Positions 1-11,599 of a DNA stretch of 64,000 nt are shown one piece after another. The notes under the pieces were generated by a model. That model was not told the DNA's origin and did no database searches. It worked only from the letters and a program-made list of their open reading frames with translations. The stretch's first letter is position 1, and each line of letters starts with the position of its first letter. The DNA is from Octopus sinensis. Lineage: Eukaryota. The DNA lies in the NCBI RefSeq assembly GCF_006345805.1, contig NC_042997.1:87854001-87918000 (forward strand), given 5' to 3'. Both the position numbers and the translations under genes were made by a program.

Positions 1-209
1 ATTTATTGACTACTACAGTTTATCTCAATAAATACTTTACAGTGCTATTTATTGTATCTCAACATATACCAGACCCTGTGTTTGCTTGGGTTTTTCTACA
101 TTTTCTGTTTACCACATTTCACTCACAAGGTATTGGTTGACCCAAGGCTATGGTAGAAGATACTGCATATACTCATGTCAAAGTTGAATTTTTGTGACTA
201 TTATAACAA

Positions 210-545
210 GGTGAACATTGCTTCCCAACCACATAGTTTCAGTTTCAGTCCCACTACATGAGACCTTGAGCTAGTGTCTTCTATATTGCCCCAGGCTGAC
301 CAAAGCCATGTGAGTGGGCTTGATAGACAGAAACTGAAAGAAGCTTGTTGTATGTGTGCATGCGATCGTGTGTGTGCTTGTCCTCCCCATCCCACACCTT
401 TTGACAGCCGGTGTTGCTTTATTTACATCCTAGTTATTTAAAGGTTTGACAAAAGAGACCAATAAGACAAGCTTAAAACTTATCACTGAGGTCAATTTGT
501 TCAACTAAACCCTTCAAGGTGGTGCCCCTGCATAGCTGCATTCTG
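210..545 (+). mobile_element. tRNA-derived CORE-like SINE (octopus OR-type), degenerate
   Basis: ttgcttcccaaccacat..ttcagtcccact..accttgagctagtgtcttctata..gaccaaagcc.tgtgagtgg..gaaactgaaagaagc motif, shared with more than 12 other copies in the window. Confidence 0.8.
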
Positions 546-1139
546 CAGCATAACATTTATACAAGATAATCCCTCAACCAGGAAATACTGATTTGTTAAT
601 TTGTGAAAAGCTTGGGTCAACTGTTACATGAGGTACAAGGGAAATTTCAGAGTTGTAGCTCTCATAAAGGAGGTTGACTTTTGCATGAGCATGACTTTTA
701 TTTGAGTATATACAATACTTAGCCAGGTTATCACAAAGTGAGATCAAACCTAGAAATGCGTGGTTGTGTTTCAAACTTCTTAATCACACAACTGTACTTA
801 AATCTTATAGATAGAAACTAAAATAATAAAGCATAGGAGAAAATTGATAATAAGTATATTTTTCATGTAAAATCTACCATAAAATATGCTACAATCTCTG
901 TTAGAATGTTTATAGATAGGTTTACGAAATATGCTGATTTCTATAGAAATTGTTTTCCCAAAACTGGTTGTGGTGAATAGTTCTACATATTAGCGTGGGC
1001 GCAGATCACTGTCTGTGTGTGTGTGTTCTGTAGTGCAATGCTAAACTGCATGTTCGTGAGTGTGTGTGGTGTATGTGCGAGAGTGAGAGAAAGAGAGGTT
1101 ATGTACGTGTGGAACACACTTTGCAATATGCTTGTTGCT

Positions 1140-1580
1140 TGAGTAGGCGGAGAGAATGAGAGAATGAGCAGGAAAATAGTAAGAATGGAAGTGAGATTGA
1201 GGAAAGGAACTGTAAGGAAGGAAAGCAATAAAAATAAAGTAAGAGAATAAGTGAGTGAGGAAGGGAAGGAGGGAAGGTTGGAGGAAAGAAAGAAAGAAAG
1301 AAAGAAAAAAGGTAGGAAGAGAACAAAGAAGAATAAAGGGAAGAATAGAAAAGACAGAAGGAAAATGAATATAGGAAAAGTAGAAAAGTAAAGGAATAAG
1401 AAAAACATAAACATAAGATAGTTGTGATATAAATGAGAGAAGAAATAAAAAATGGAAGGAGGGAAAAAAGAAAGGAAAAGACAATGTAGGTGGAAAGAAA
1501 AAGAAAGAAAGAAGATAGGAAGAATGGAGGGAGAAAAGAAGAATAGAAAAATGTAATTGAGTGAAAAGAAGGAACAGATC
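1140..1580 (+). repeat. purine-rich (GA/GAAA) low-complexity tract
   Basis: ~440 bp almost entirely A/G; source of the F/L/S-rich minus-strand pseudo-ORFs. Confidence 0.9.
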
Positions 1581-1629
1581 AAGGGCCAGGTGAGGCCAAG
1601 AGGGAGTTTATCAGTGTTGTTGTTGATCA

Positions 1630-1825
1630 ACTCTCAAGTGAAATCTGATCCAGCAGACTTATAATCTGAAAGTATTCCAGCTGTGACCATCCTGTCTTTT
1701 TCCTATGTGTGGTGAACCCAGTATCATATTATCCATGTTCATTTTTTTTAAGATAGTTGGATGTGATTTGAAGGATTGTTGGCCACTATTTCTAGCAGAT
1801 TGAACACAATTGCATAGAGATTCCT
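1630..1825 (+). repeat. unclassified interspersed repeat (related copies at ~45330-45490, 50290-50500 reverse, 53760-53970)
   Basis: shared motif ttccagctgtgaccat.c..tctttt..attatc..atgt..gatttgg..actatttct. Confidence 0.65.
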
Positions 1826-2004
1826 TTGTTGTTGTTGGTGGTGGTGGTGGATGTAGTTGTGAAAGTAATGCTGACTTTTTTCTTCATTAAATCTTGACCT
1901 TCAAACATTTATATGTTGAAATTGATGGAAGTGATCATCATTGTGTCTTTTTATTGTTACTGATATCCATCATCAATTTACATTCAATCTCCCATATTTG
2001 AAAG

Positions 2005-2385
2005 GAATAAATTGGTCTGCTCTAGCATGGTGTTTTACCATTTGTTATAGTCCTTGCTATCATGTTTGTGGACTTTTTAAGCCTAGTACTTATTCTATTA
2101 GTCTCTTTTGCCAAACTGCTAAGTTATGGGGACATAAACATACAAGTGGTGGGGGATAAATACAGACACAAACACACACACACACACACATACACGCACA
2201 CACATATATATATACACATATGCGACAGGCTTCTTTCAGTTTTCATCTGCCAAATCCACTCACAAGGCTTTGGTCTGCCTGAAGCTAGAGTAGATGACAT
2301 TTGCCCAAGGTGTCACACAGTGGGACTAAACCCAGAACTATGTGGTTGGAAAACAAGCTTCTTACCACACATTCACTCCTGCACC
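2005..2385 (-). mobile_element. CORE-like OR-type SINE with internal (CA)n
   Basis: reverse of family motif (cttctttcagttt..caaatccactcacaaggctttggtc..ttgcccaaggtg..cagtgggact.aaccc). Confidence 0.85.
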
Positions 2386-2876
2386 TATACAGTGTGGTGG
2401 TTATTTATTATTGCTGTTGTTGTTGCAGTTTTTGTTGTTTCTACTGATATAAGTGATTTCTCAGAGAGCAGTGGAATGCCAGAAACAACAGAGATCTAAA
2501 CTGAATACTTAACAGTACCATCACTCTACATTTTGTGTTCAAATTCTGTAAGGATAGGTTTAGCCTGTCATCCTCTTCAAGTATAACAATACAAAGTGAG
2601 TATCATTCATGTACTTAATTCAGTCAACAATCAATATTTTGTGGGTTTTGTGTCAGTGCCAGAATCATTATTTACATATATTCGTTTTAGTTTCATCAAA
2701 ATAATAAAATAACAGGGAAAGTGAGAGTTTTAAAGCTAAAGGAATAGCAACCTATAACATTAATACATTTATCTTGGCCAATAAGAATATGTGGCATGAA
2801 GCACTGAAACAAGCAAACAATTATAATGATAGTTTTCATAACTAGGGTGCTTTACATAATGAACTTTAGAGATCAT

Positions 2877-2938
2877 TGTGTGTGTGTGTGTGCGCACATG
2901 TGTGAACATGCATGTATGTATCTATCTCTGTCTGTCTG

Positions 2939-3008
<70 letters not shown>

Positions 3009-3064
3009 TATACATAAATACAACACATATGCATATATATCTATCTATCTTATCTTACTGTCTG

Positions 3065-3109
<45 letters not shown>

Positions 3110-3120
3110 ATATATATATT
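2877..3120. repeat. compound microsatellite (GT)n/(CT)n/(TA)n/(CA)n/(TATC)n
   Basis: direct reading. Confidence 0.95.
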
Positions 3121-3330
3121 ATATAAAATCCGTCCTGTCTGTCTGTGTGTGTGTCTTCTAGGATCGTGGGCATCTTCCATCTGATTGCGCTCAAATTTGA
3201 TATGTAGATACCGACGGTATCAGGGCATGTATAAGTCTTGAAAAAATTACAAAAATCGATTCCAGGTGAGAATGTGATCGATAAAGCCATGGGAACGTGC
3301 ATTTGTACGTGCAAGTACATCAGCTGTTGC
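3100..3330 (+). mobile_element. possible non-autonomous Helitron 5' end
   Basis: TCTATATATA..ATAAAA..(CTGT)n..CTGATTGCGCTCAAATTTG layout typical of Helitron 5' termini; no 3' end located. Confidence 0.4.
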
Positions 3331-3934
3331 AATCAATACTATGCATACGTGAGAAAAATGCACATGCAGTTTGCGGAAAAAAAGCCGGCTGGCTTGAAAT
3401 AATGTCACAAAATGCAGTATATTTAAGAGACCAAAAGAGTAAGATGCAAAATAGATATTTTCTTCAAACTTGGCATGAAAGAAGAGTGAATTTTAAAAGC
3501 AATTACACTGTCACATAGCTAATTCATATTTTAAAAATATTTTGCCTGCTATGTTGCTAAATATGAATACAAATAAACAAATAAATGAATGAAGGGAAAT
3601 TTGTGCACATTTTCAAACACACACAAATTCGCATACACATATATACAGGAGAATCACACAATTTGAAATATAATCATATAGATGTACATGTATATACATG
3701 AGCATACATACATATAAGCACATTTGCATCACCATACCTGTGTGTGTGTGTATATATATATATACACACACACAGGTGTCACACAGTGGGACTAAACCCA
3801 GAACCATGTGGTTGGAAAACAAGCTTCTTATCACACATGCACTCCTGCACCTACACATTGCTATCTTAATATGTGTGTGAGTGTGTGTGCATGTGCGCGA
3901 GCTTGTATATATACACACACACACATATATACAT

Positions 3935-4238
3935 ATGGACCCTCTTTAGTTATGAATTGGCATGGGATTGCACCTAGAAGGCTGTTTATAAAAGACCAGC
4001 AGTTGCCCAAGCACACCAGCCTCCCCTGTCTATACTACCAATGTTATCCAAGAGAAAGGCAAAGGCTGATACAGCTTGGTACCATTGACATCGCAACTCA
4101 TTTCTACAGCTGAGTGAACTGGAGCAATGTGAAATAAAGTGTCTTGCTCAAGAACACAACACACAGCCCAGTCTGGGAATCGAACTCACTACCTCATGAT
4201 TGTGAGCCTGATGCTCTATCAGCTGAGGATGGCACCTT

Positions 4239-4240
<2 letters not shown>
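3935..4240 (-). mobile_element. tRNA-derived SINE with Meta/MESC-like central domain
   Basis: reverse strand reads B-box gagttcgattccc then gtgttcttgagcaagacactttatttcac; related copy at 55405-55682. Confidence 0.7.
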
Positions 4241-4275
<35 letters not shown>

Positions 4276-4720
4276 GTATCAAGAGAGATAGAGAGAGATA
4301 TATAGACACATACACACGTGCACACACACACATGTGTATTCACATGAAAAATACTGGTGCTACTTAGGACAATAAATTTTTTTTTAAATCTTAGTCAAGG
4401 GAGAATAAGGGCCACTTATAATCTATGCAGGCCTTTCATCTGGATTTGCGAGATCAGTATAATTGATATTCAGATTCAGTGTTTACAGGCTGATGCCTGT
4501 ATAAAAGTGTGGACAAAGTGTGAATTCCATATGATTGCTTTTCTGCTGAGGAAGAACTAAAAAATTTTTAGCATAATATGTGACAAGATAAAGAAGAAGC
4601 TGTTACATCAAGTAGGCTTGAATGGAAATAGAAAGCAGCTAATTTGCTTTTAATGAACAGTTGATATCCTAATTCAGTTGCATTCATGAGTTAAGATAGT
4701 GGCTAATAAGAATCATTCTA

Positions 4721-4942
4721 GTAAAATTGATTTCACATTTTGGCACAAGACCAGCAATTTCGGGGGAGCAGGTGAGTTGATTATATCGACCACAGTGTTC
4801 AAAGGGTACTTATTTTATCAACCCTGAAAAGATGAAAGGTAAAGTTAGCCTCAGCAGAATTTGAATTTAGAATGTAAGGACAGATGAAATACCACTAAAT
4901 ATTTTGCCCAAGGTGTTAACTATTCTGCCAGCTCACCGCCTT
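4721..4942 (-). mobile_element. Nin/Deu-domain-like SINE with 10-bp TSD
   Basis: reverse of ttcaaattc.gc.gagg..ctttcatc..gataaaataagtacc; TSD aatcattcta at 4711-4720 and 4943-4952. Confidence 0.85.
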
Positions 4943-4983
4943 AATCATTCTAATTATATTATTCAGTATTAGAGTATGCTCAT

Positions 4984-5200
4984 AAGGTGGCAAGCTGGTA
5001 GAAACATTAGCACAACAAACAAAATGCTTAAGCAACATTTTGTGCATCTTCATGTTCTGAGTTCAAATTCTGCTGAGGTTGACATTGTCTTTCATCCTTT
5101 CGGGTTTGATAAAATAAATACCAGTTGAGCAGTAGGGTCAATGTAATCAACTTACTCCCTCCCCCAAAATTACTGGCCTTGTGCTAGAATTTGAAACCAA
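4984..5200 (+). mobile_element. Nin/Deu-domain-like SINE with 17-bp TSD
   Basis: full family sequence; exact TSD tattagagtatgctcat at 4967-4983 and 5201-5217. Confidence 0.9.
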
Positions 5201-5439
5201 TATTAGAGTATGCTCATCTTCTAAATTCAGTGCCTTCTTTCACTGTCATTTTTATCCTACATACATTTAATCTAAGTGTTCAAAAAGAGAAATGATCTTA
5301 CTCATAACAATAACCATTTCTTCAGGCATTAAGTTATTGCTACCTTAAATCTCCTACACTCAGTCTTATCATGAAATTCCTTATATTTTAATAAAATATT
5401 TCTCTGACAGAGAAAGCCTGTACAAAGTGAGCTTAATAT

Positions 5440-5860
5440 CTTTTATCTTTTGCTTATTGCATTCACTGTCCTGTAGCCATGCTGGGGTACAATCTTGAAG
5501 GGTTTAATCAAAGAAATCAATCCAGTGACTTTTTTTAAAAGTCTTGTACTTATTCTACTGATACCTTTTGCTAAATTATTGTTATGGGTTCATAAACAAA
5601 CACTAGTTGTCAGAGGTGAGCAGGAGATATATACATAACAGAAATACAAAGATATACATGCATAGATATATGCACACACATGCATGTGTGCACATTTCTA
5701 AATGACAGGCTTCAGTTTCCATCTACCAAATTCACTCTCAAGGCTTTGGTTGATCCAAGGCTATAGTAGAAGATACTTGTCCAAGGTGATGCACAGTAGG
5801 ACTGGATCCTAGATCACATAACTGGACTGTAAGCTTCTTACCCATGGAATCATTCCTGTA
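5440..5860 (-). mobile_element. CORE-like OR-type SINE
   Basis: family motif on reverse strand. Confidence 0.8.
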
Positions 5861-6259
5861 ATAGATTACTTCACAATAGCCATTAAATACATCATAAACT
5901 TAGAACTTCTGCCTTAATACAAATGCATGGCTGACCATAGAAAATAAAAATTCTGGTTTTAAAGTTTATTGAATGGTTTCTCATTGACTTCAAAACAACT
6001 AGAACTAAGCACTGAAGCTAAAAGAAAAAAATAAAATGGTTAAGACAAATAGAAGAATCAGTGCAGCTGCAGACTAAAGTTTCAAGCATATTGCAACTAG
6101 ACATTTTCCATGATCAAGGATGTTCTTGTCATGATTATTGCATTCTTCTTTTGGGCAATAGATATAGAAAATAGTTGATACATTCTCTGTCAACACACTG
6201 ACACACATTCATTTGTAATTTCCCACTTCAGTACAAAATTACACTTCATATTATTATTA

Positions 6260-6301
<42 letters not shown>

Positions 6302-6305
<4 letters not shown>

Positions 6306-7490
6306 TTGCTCAACATTTGGTAGTCTGAGGAAAATTTCTACAGCATCACCTGCTACATCTCCATGTTGCTGGGGTGTGTGCTGCATTGTGTACTCTTTTC
6401 TGTTGTTGGGAGTGCGCAAACTCTTCCCAGTATCGTATTATGCTAGTTCTTTTATTTCTCTTGAGGTGAGGTGCATCTTTTTGTTGTATTAATGCTTGTA
6501 TTGCATGTTGAATGTGTAATGCGTTGGTTATCTAGCTTGCTGGTGGAAGTTAATTTCACTGGGTCATTGCTGCGTAGAGTGCGTCTTGTGTTGTGTGTTG
6601 TTTCGTTTTGTTTTTCTTATTTTTCAAGCACCTTCTGGAGTATTTGAATGGTTCCAAGCAGTGCTGTTTTCTGCAAGTGCTCCACCTTTATTGCAGCCCC
6701 TGTTTGTTCCACATACTTCTTGAGATTTTTGCTCACTGTTCCCAGGGCTACGACAATTATTGGTACTACCACTACCTCTTTCAACGACCACAACTGCTTA
6801 ACTTCCAAGCTAACCTGCCATATCTCTTGACTTTTCTTTTTTCCTTATCGCATACCTTGTTGTCAGCTGGGCATGCTATACCTATGATCCAGCATAGTTT
6901 GTTTTCTTTCTCAATTAAGACTGTCTGGCTTCCTGTTCCCTATCTCATGGTCACACTGAATCATAAAATCCCATAGGATCTTTCCATTTCTACTTTCGAC
7001 GATGCCTTCAGGTTTGTGGTTGTACCAATTTTTTGCTCTGTCAAGTCCATACTTGTTGCAAAGTGTCCAATGGACAAGCCTGGCTATATTGTCGTGCTGT
7101 CTCTTATATTCCTTCTGGGCTAGTGGTGTACATTGGCTGGTAATATGCTATACGTTTTGTCCACAGATTCTGCGCTTAACACTTTCTGCTGCATTGTCTA
7201 TTCTATATTTTATGTAGTTTGTTCTTAGTGCTTGCTCTTGAGCAGCACAGATTAAAGCCCCCATTTCTGGTTTAAAATCACTTTTAGTCATCCACAGCCA
7301 ACTTCTGTCTCAGTCTTATCGTCAACATCCCTATGAAATTGACCATGCATTATTTTCTTTACCCACCTATTTTCAGTTTCATTTGTTTTCAATTTCTTGT
7401 ATAGTGCTTTATCTTTGCAATCTTTCATCCTACACAAGCCTGACCATCTTACTTCTAATAATAGTGGTTCTGTGGCATTTTTTACATACA
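6302..7490 (-). mobile_element. 5'-truncated R4/Dong-clade non-LTR retrotransposon (CCHC finger and restriction-like endonuclease C-terminus), frameshifted
   Basis: conceptual translation MHGQF..AAQEQALRTNY..ICG..HITSQC..LAQKEYKRQHDNIARLVHW..KILWDF..KPD..VVPIIVVALG..QKTALLGTIQILQKVL*; (TTA)n on both flanks. Confidence 0.92.
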
Positions 7491-7514
7491 TTATTATTAT
7501 TATTATTATTATTC

Positions 7515-7727
7515 AGGTAGCGAGCCAGCAGAATCATTAGTATGCTAGGTAAAATGCTTAGTGGTATTTCGTCTGTTTTCACATTCTGGTTTCATATTCG
7601 ACTGAGATCAACTTTGCCTTTCATCCTTTCGGGATTGATAAATTAAATAGTAGTGAAACACTGGGGTCGATGTATCAACTTATCCCCTCACCTGAATTTG
7701 TCGGCCTTGTACCAAAATTTGAAACCA
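7515..7727 (+). mobile_element. Nin/Deu-domain-like SINE
   Basis: family motif actttgcctttcatcctttcggg..gataaattaa. Confidence 0.85.
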
Positions 7728-8296
7728 TTGAAGCTTGTGTGTACCAATGTTGCTGGAATGAGTTATTGGTTTGTGGAAGCTGTGTGTAATGATTTATCAA
7801 CACTAATCATACAGTTAAACATGATTTATTATTGCTGCACAAGTCATATGAAGTTGGTCATGCATTACAAATAGATGCGTTATGTCAGCTAGACAAAAGA
7901 AACATAATGCCACATGGATGCAAAGTAGCTGGATATCAAAATCACCACTGGGGTTGACTTAAACACAAGGATATATATACATGCGCTGCTTCATATCTTT
8001 TTCAACAATTGCATATTGGTTAAGCATGCAGTTGTTAGGACAACTAAGAAAGAGTGTGTATTTCGTACCACGACTAAAAACACACTGGAGTTTGGCGTTG
8101 AAAAGGACTCTATTTATAGGCCTTGTAGGGATATGTTCTAGGACCTTCAACAATCATCTTTCATGAGATGTCTGGCTTCTGACCACACAATAACTCGATT
8201 GCACATATGATCAAACCGTTGCTATATCGTGGCTTGAAATCCTCAATGTGACATCACGAGTTCGTGTTCTGCTACACATTTATTATTATTATAGTC

Positions 8297-8726
8297 AAGG
8301 CGGCAAGCTGGCAGAAACATTAGCATGCCAGGTGAAATGCTTAGCGGTATTTCATCTGCCGTTACATTCTGAGTTCAAATTCCGCCAAGGTTGACTCTAC
8401 CTTTCATCCTTTCAGGGTCAATAAATTAAGTACCAGTTACTCACTGCGGTCGATGTAATCAACTTAACTCCTTTGCCTGTCCTTGTTTGTTCCCGCTATG
8501 TTTAGCCCAATGTGGGCAATAAAGAAATAAGAAACATTAATGCACCAGACAAAATACTTAGCAGTATTTCGTCCATCTTCACTTTCTGAGTTCAAGTTCC
8601 ACTGCAGTCAACTTTGCCTTTCATCCTTTCGGGGTCGATAAATTAAGTACTAGTGAAATACTGGGGTCAATGTAATTGACTAAACCATTCCCCAAAATGT
8701 CAGGCCTCGTGCTTTTAGCAGAAAGG

Positions 8727-8727
<1 letters not shown>
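8297..8727 (+). mobile_element. tandem pair of Nin/Deu-like SINEs with different 3' tails, ending in (ATT)n
   Basis: first copy 8297-8530 ends tttagccc..gtgggcaataaagaaata; second copy 8531-8727 ends ggcctcgtgc..gaaaggattatt. Confidence 0.85.
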
Positions 8728-8786
<59 letters not shown>

Positions 8787-8789
8787 GTC

Positions 8790-9357
8790 GTTGTTATTGT
8801 TGTGTGAGAGAGCAGTGCATGCTATCAAAGTGACACTGGGGTAAAATATACAAAGCCCAGTATACCCATCATGACTACCTCTCTGATAAGGGTACACCAG
8901 GCACATGCATCATACCCATATATGTACGATATGGTGATCCCATACCAAGATAAACAGCACATGACCTTACAAGTGGGGCTCAGTTAGAATTTTCTTCAGG
9001 TCGAGTAGCCCATCACACTCAAAAGGTTCCTGAATAAGGATTGTTTAAGGATGACTAATGAAACACCCATGTTTTCAAAGTGAATTATCCAGACCCCTGA
9101 GAATTCCTTTCAACACATGGCTATGATGCATCCCCACTACTTCTCCTCGCAATCAGAGATGCACATATCATCAGCCACTAAGAGACATGCTCAACTGGTT
9201 ATGGTCAAACAACTGACAAGCAAATCAGTGGTATTGAGCAGAATATTTGCTGTAGCCCATCTTTTATACTAAGACAAAACAATGTACATGATAACACTTC
9301 CAAGCAGTTAAGATCAGAAGCCATGAGAGCCACTACCTGGTACTGCATCAAGGCATT
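8790..9357 (-). mobile_element. non-coding interspersed element embedded in (TAA)n arrays (possible non-autonomous R4/Dong partner)
   Basis: ~560 bp of complex sequence bounded by (TTA)n at 8727-8785 and 9358-9484; no ORF; strand assignment tentative. Confidence 0.5.
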
Positions 9358-9449
9358 TATTATTGTTGTTGTTGTTGCTGTTGTTATTATTATTATCCTT
9401 ATCCTCATCCTTATTATTATTATTGTTGTTATTATTATTATTATTATTA

Positions 9450-9487
<38 letters not shown>

Positions 9488-9962
9488 CATTTCTTTATAC
9501 AACCTTACACATTCTTCGCTGCATTTCGCAAGCTATCCAAACAACAGGGATATCTATCTAATTATAAGCAAATCAACAAATCGGAGTCACTATTTCCAGT
9601 GTAGCAGCAGAAGTCATTACACATCGTTTGAGAGTACTGGTTAAAATAGGATGGAATTTAGACATGGAAAATTTCAGATCTTAATTGACAGCAATCACAG
9701 TAAAGTTTATATAAACGTGTTTGTGAAAATGTGCATCGATAAGAGAATGAGATAATTTCTGTTGTGGATATGTGTTAAAGAAAATGTTCATAGATATATT
9801 CATATTTTCGTGGTAATGAAGTAAAGTGTTGTAGAACAAATGTGCGTGATTAGTTAAGAGCCAACCATAAAGACAAAAAGTAGATAACATACGTATTTTA
9901 AGCTGGTATAAAGTTATTCTGTTGAGGCTAAAACAAAAACCTGGCTGTTAACATAGTCTAGG

Positions 9963-9964
<2 letters not shown>

Positions 9965-10009
<45 letters not shown>
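9965..10009. repeat. (GA)n microsatellite
   Basis: direct reading. Confidence 0.95.
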
Positions 10010-10012
<3 letters not shown>

Positions 10013-11299
10013 TGGGAGAGTCGGCTTGGCCATAGTTGCTGGTACAGGAGTGCAATTTTTTCTAGTGTCAAATGAATGAGCCAAGAGAATGGAAAGACTT
10101 TTAGTCTGCTTAATACAGTCAAAAATAATCTCAACAACATACTAGTTTTCAATTGGCTAGAGTCACATGTCAAAAAAACGTGTTGTCGACATGAATTCGC
10201 TATAGACCGAAAATAGTGTAATCACAGTTCACAGAAAATTTCTTTCGGTAGTCACGAAGAGAATGCTTGGGCTGTATTCTCCAAATGAACCGTAAGCTTA
10301 TCGTATGCTTCTTCATTTCATTAGTCATCACTTCACCCAATTGTTGAAAATGTCTGCTGGAGAAATATACTTGAGATACGTTATCCTGCCCACAGAAAAT
10401 ATATTTCATTACATCTTTTGCTACACCTTTTCCACTACAATATCTTTATTGAAGTTCAGCTCGAGTAACAAGCAACCTTCTTGACACTAAGATATATGAT
10501 CAATTTCAACCTAATGGTATCACTCAGCTGGCAAAATGACATTGCAATAGCGAGCGTTACTTGACAAGCTATGTCGCGGCCTCGTGTAATAAGCGACGTT
10601 TTGGTATTTCTCTGGTTTTATTAGCCAATCGGAGTCTGGTAATCAGACAAATATTTTTGACCATATAAACAGAACACAAGACTATTTCCTTCTCTTGTAG
10701 CTCCTTCGCCAGCCGGCTTTGGAAAGCCGTCACTTTGTCTTTCCAATGAATATTAGTGAAAGCAACACGTGTGACAAAACTGGACGTTCTCTTCTTACCT
10801 TTTCAGCTGTCTGAAAAACAAGATATGTTCAGTTGAATGAGAAATTATTTGCCGATTTCTATTTTAACCATGTTAAAAACACGAATATTACATTATTTTT
10901 CTGTTTACTTCTTATGCTTGCATACGCTTGTCACTCAAAAAGAATTTTATCCTAAGAACAATCACTTAACATTATTTCTAGAAAGTTGAACTACACATTT
11001 GACCTTACAAACAAGAACATGTGTAGACGTACAAATAATTTTTTAATTAACGTCGTATGTGAAAACTTGCAAATTGTCTATGCAGAGATTAATGTCCAAA
11101 CATATATGTTATTTTCTCACTGTATACATTACTGTCCATTTTCAATCTAATGTTGTAAGGATATGTTCTGATCTACTCATCTGGTGACACGTGGAAGCTA
11201 AAAGAAGACTGATATAAATAATTTATTGTGATTTTTTAACATTCTTTTGTTTTTATATATACTATCAAATTTAGGAAACATCACGTTGAATAAAAAAAA

Positions 11300-11557
11300 A
11301 CTTTCAAACTTCGGACACTGGTAGAATGTGTTATATAAAACATCTTTTACTCTTAGTGTTGTTGAGAAAAGTTTCTATTTTCAAAGTTATTTCGTGTTAA
11401 AGTTGTCGTATTTCGGTAATTTCAACCAATCAATGACGTGTATTCAGCTGAATAAAATTACCGCTGTTGTTTATCAACAGCAACTAACTGCGGTGTATAT
11501 TTTATTTGTCACTGTTATTTTTATGACACATTCTACCAGTGTCCGAAGTTTGAAAGT
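11300..11557. mobile_element. MITE-like element with perfect 32-bp inverted repeats
   Basis: actttcaaacttcggacactggtagaatgtgt (11300-11331) and its exact reverse complement (11526-11557). Confidence 0.7.
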
Positions 11558-11599
11558 GTTTAGTTATAAAAAATTAATTTCTCAATCTGCCGTCCAAAG

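Noticed and set aside
983-1630. 215-aa hydrophobic ORF resembling a membrane protein
   Set aside because: Reverse translation of a purine-rich low-complexity tract; open in several frames.
7870-8260. Short ORFs on both strands in complex sequence
   Set aside because: No recognisable motif or splice frame; possibly an old TE remnant.
9893-10409. Minus-strand ORFs of 69-71 aa and a possible exon after the (CT)n tract
   Set aside because: No homology recognised; splice signals only moderate.
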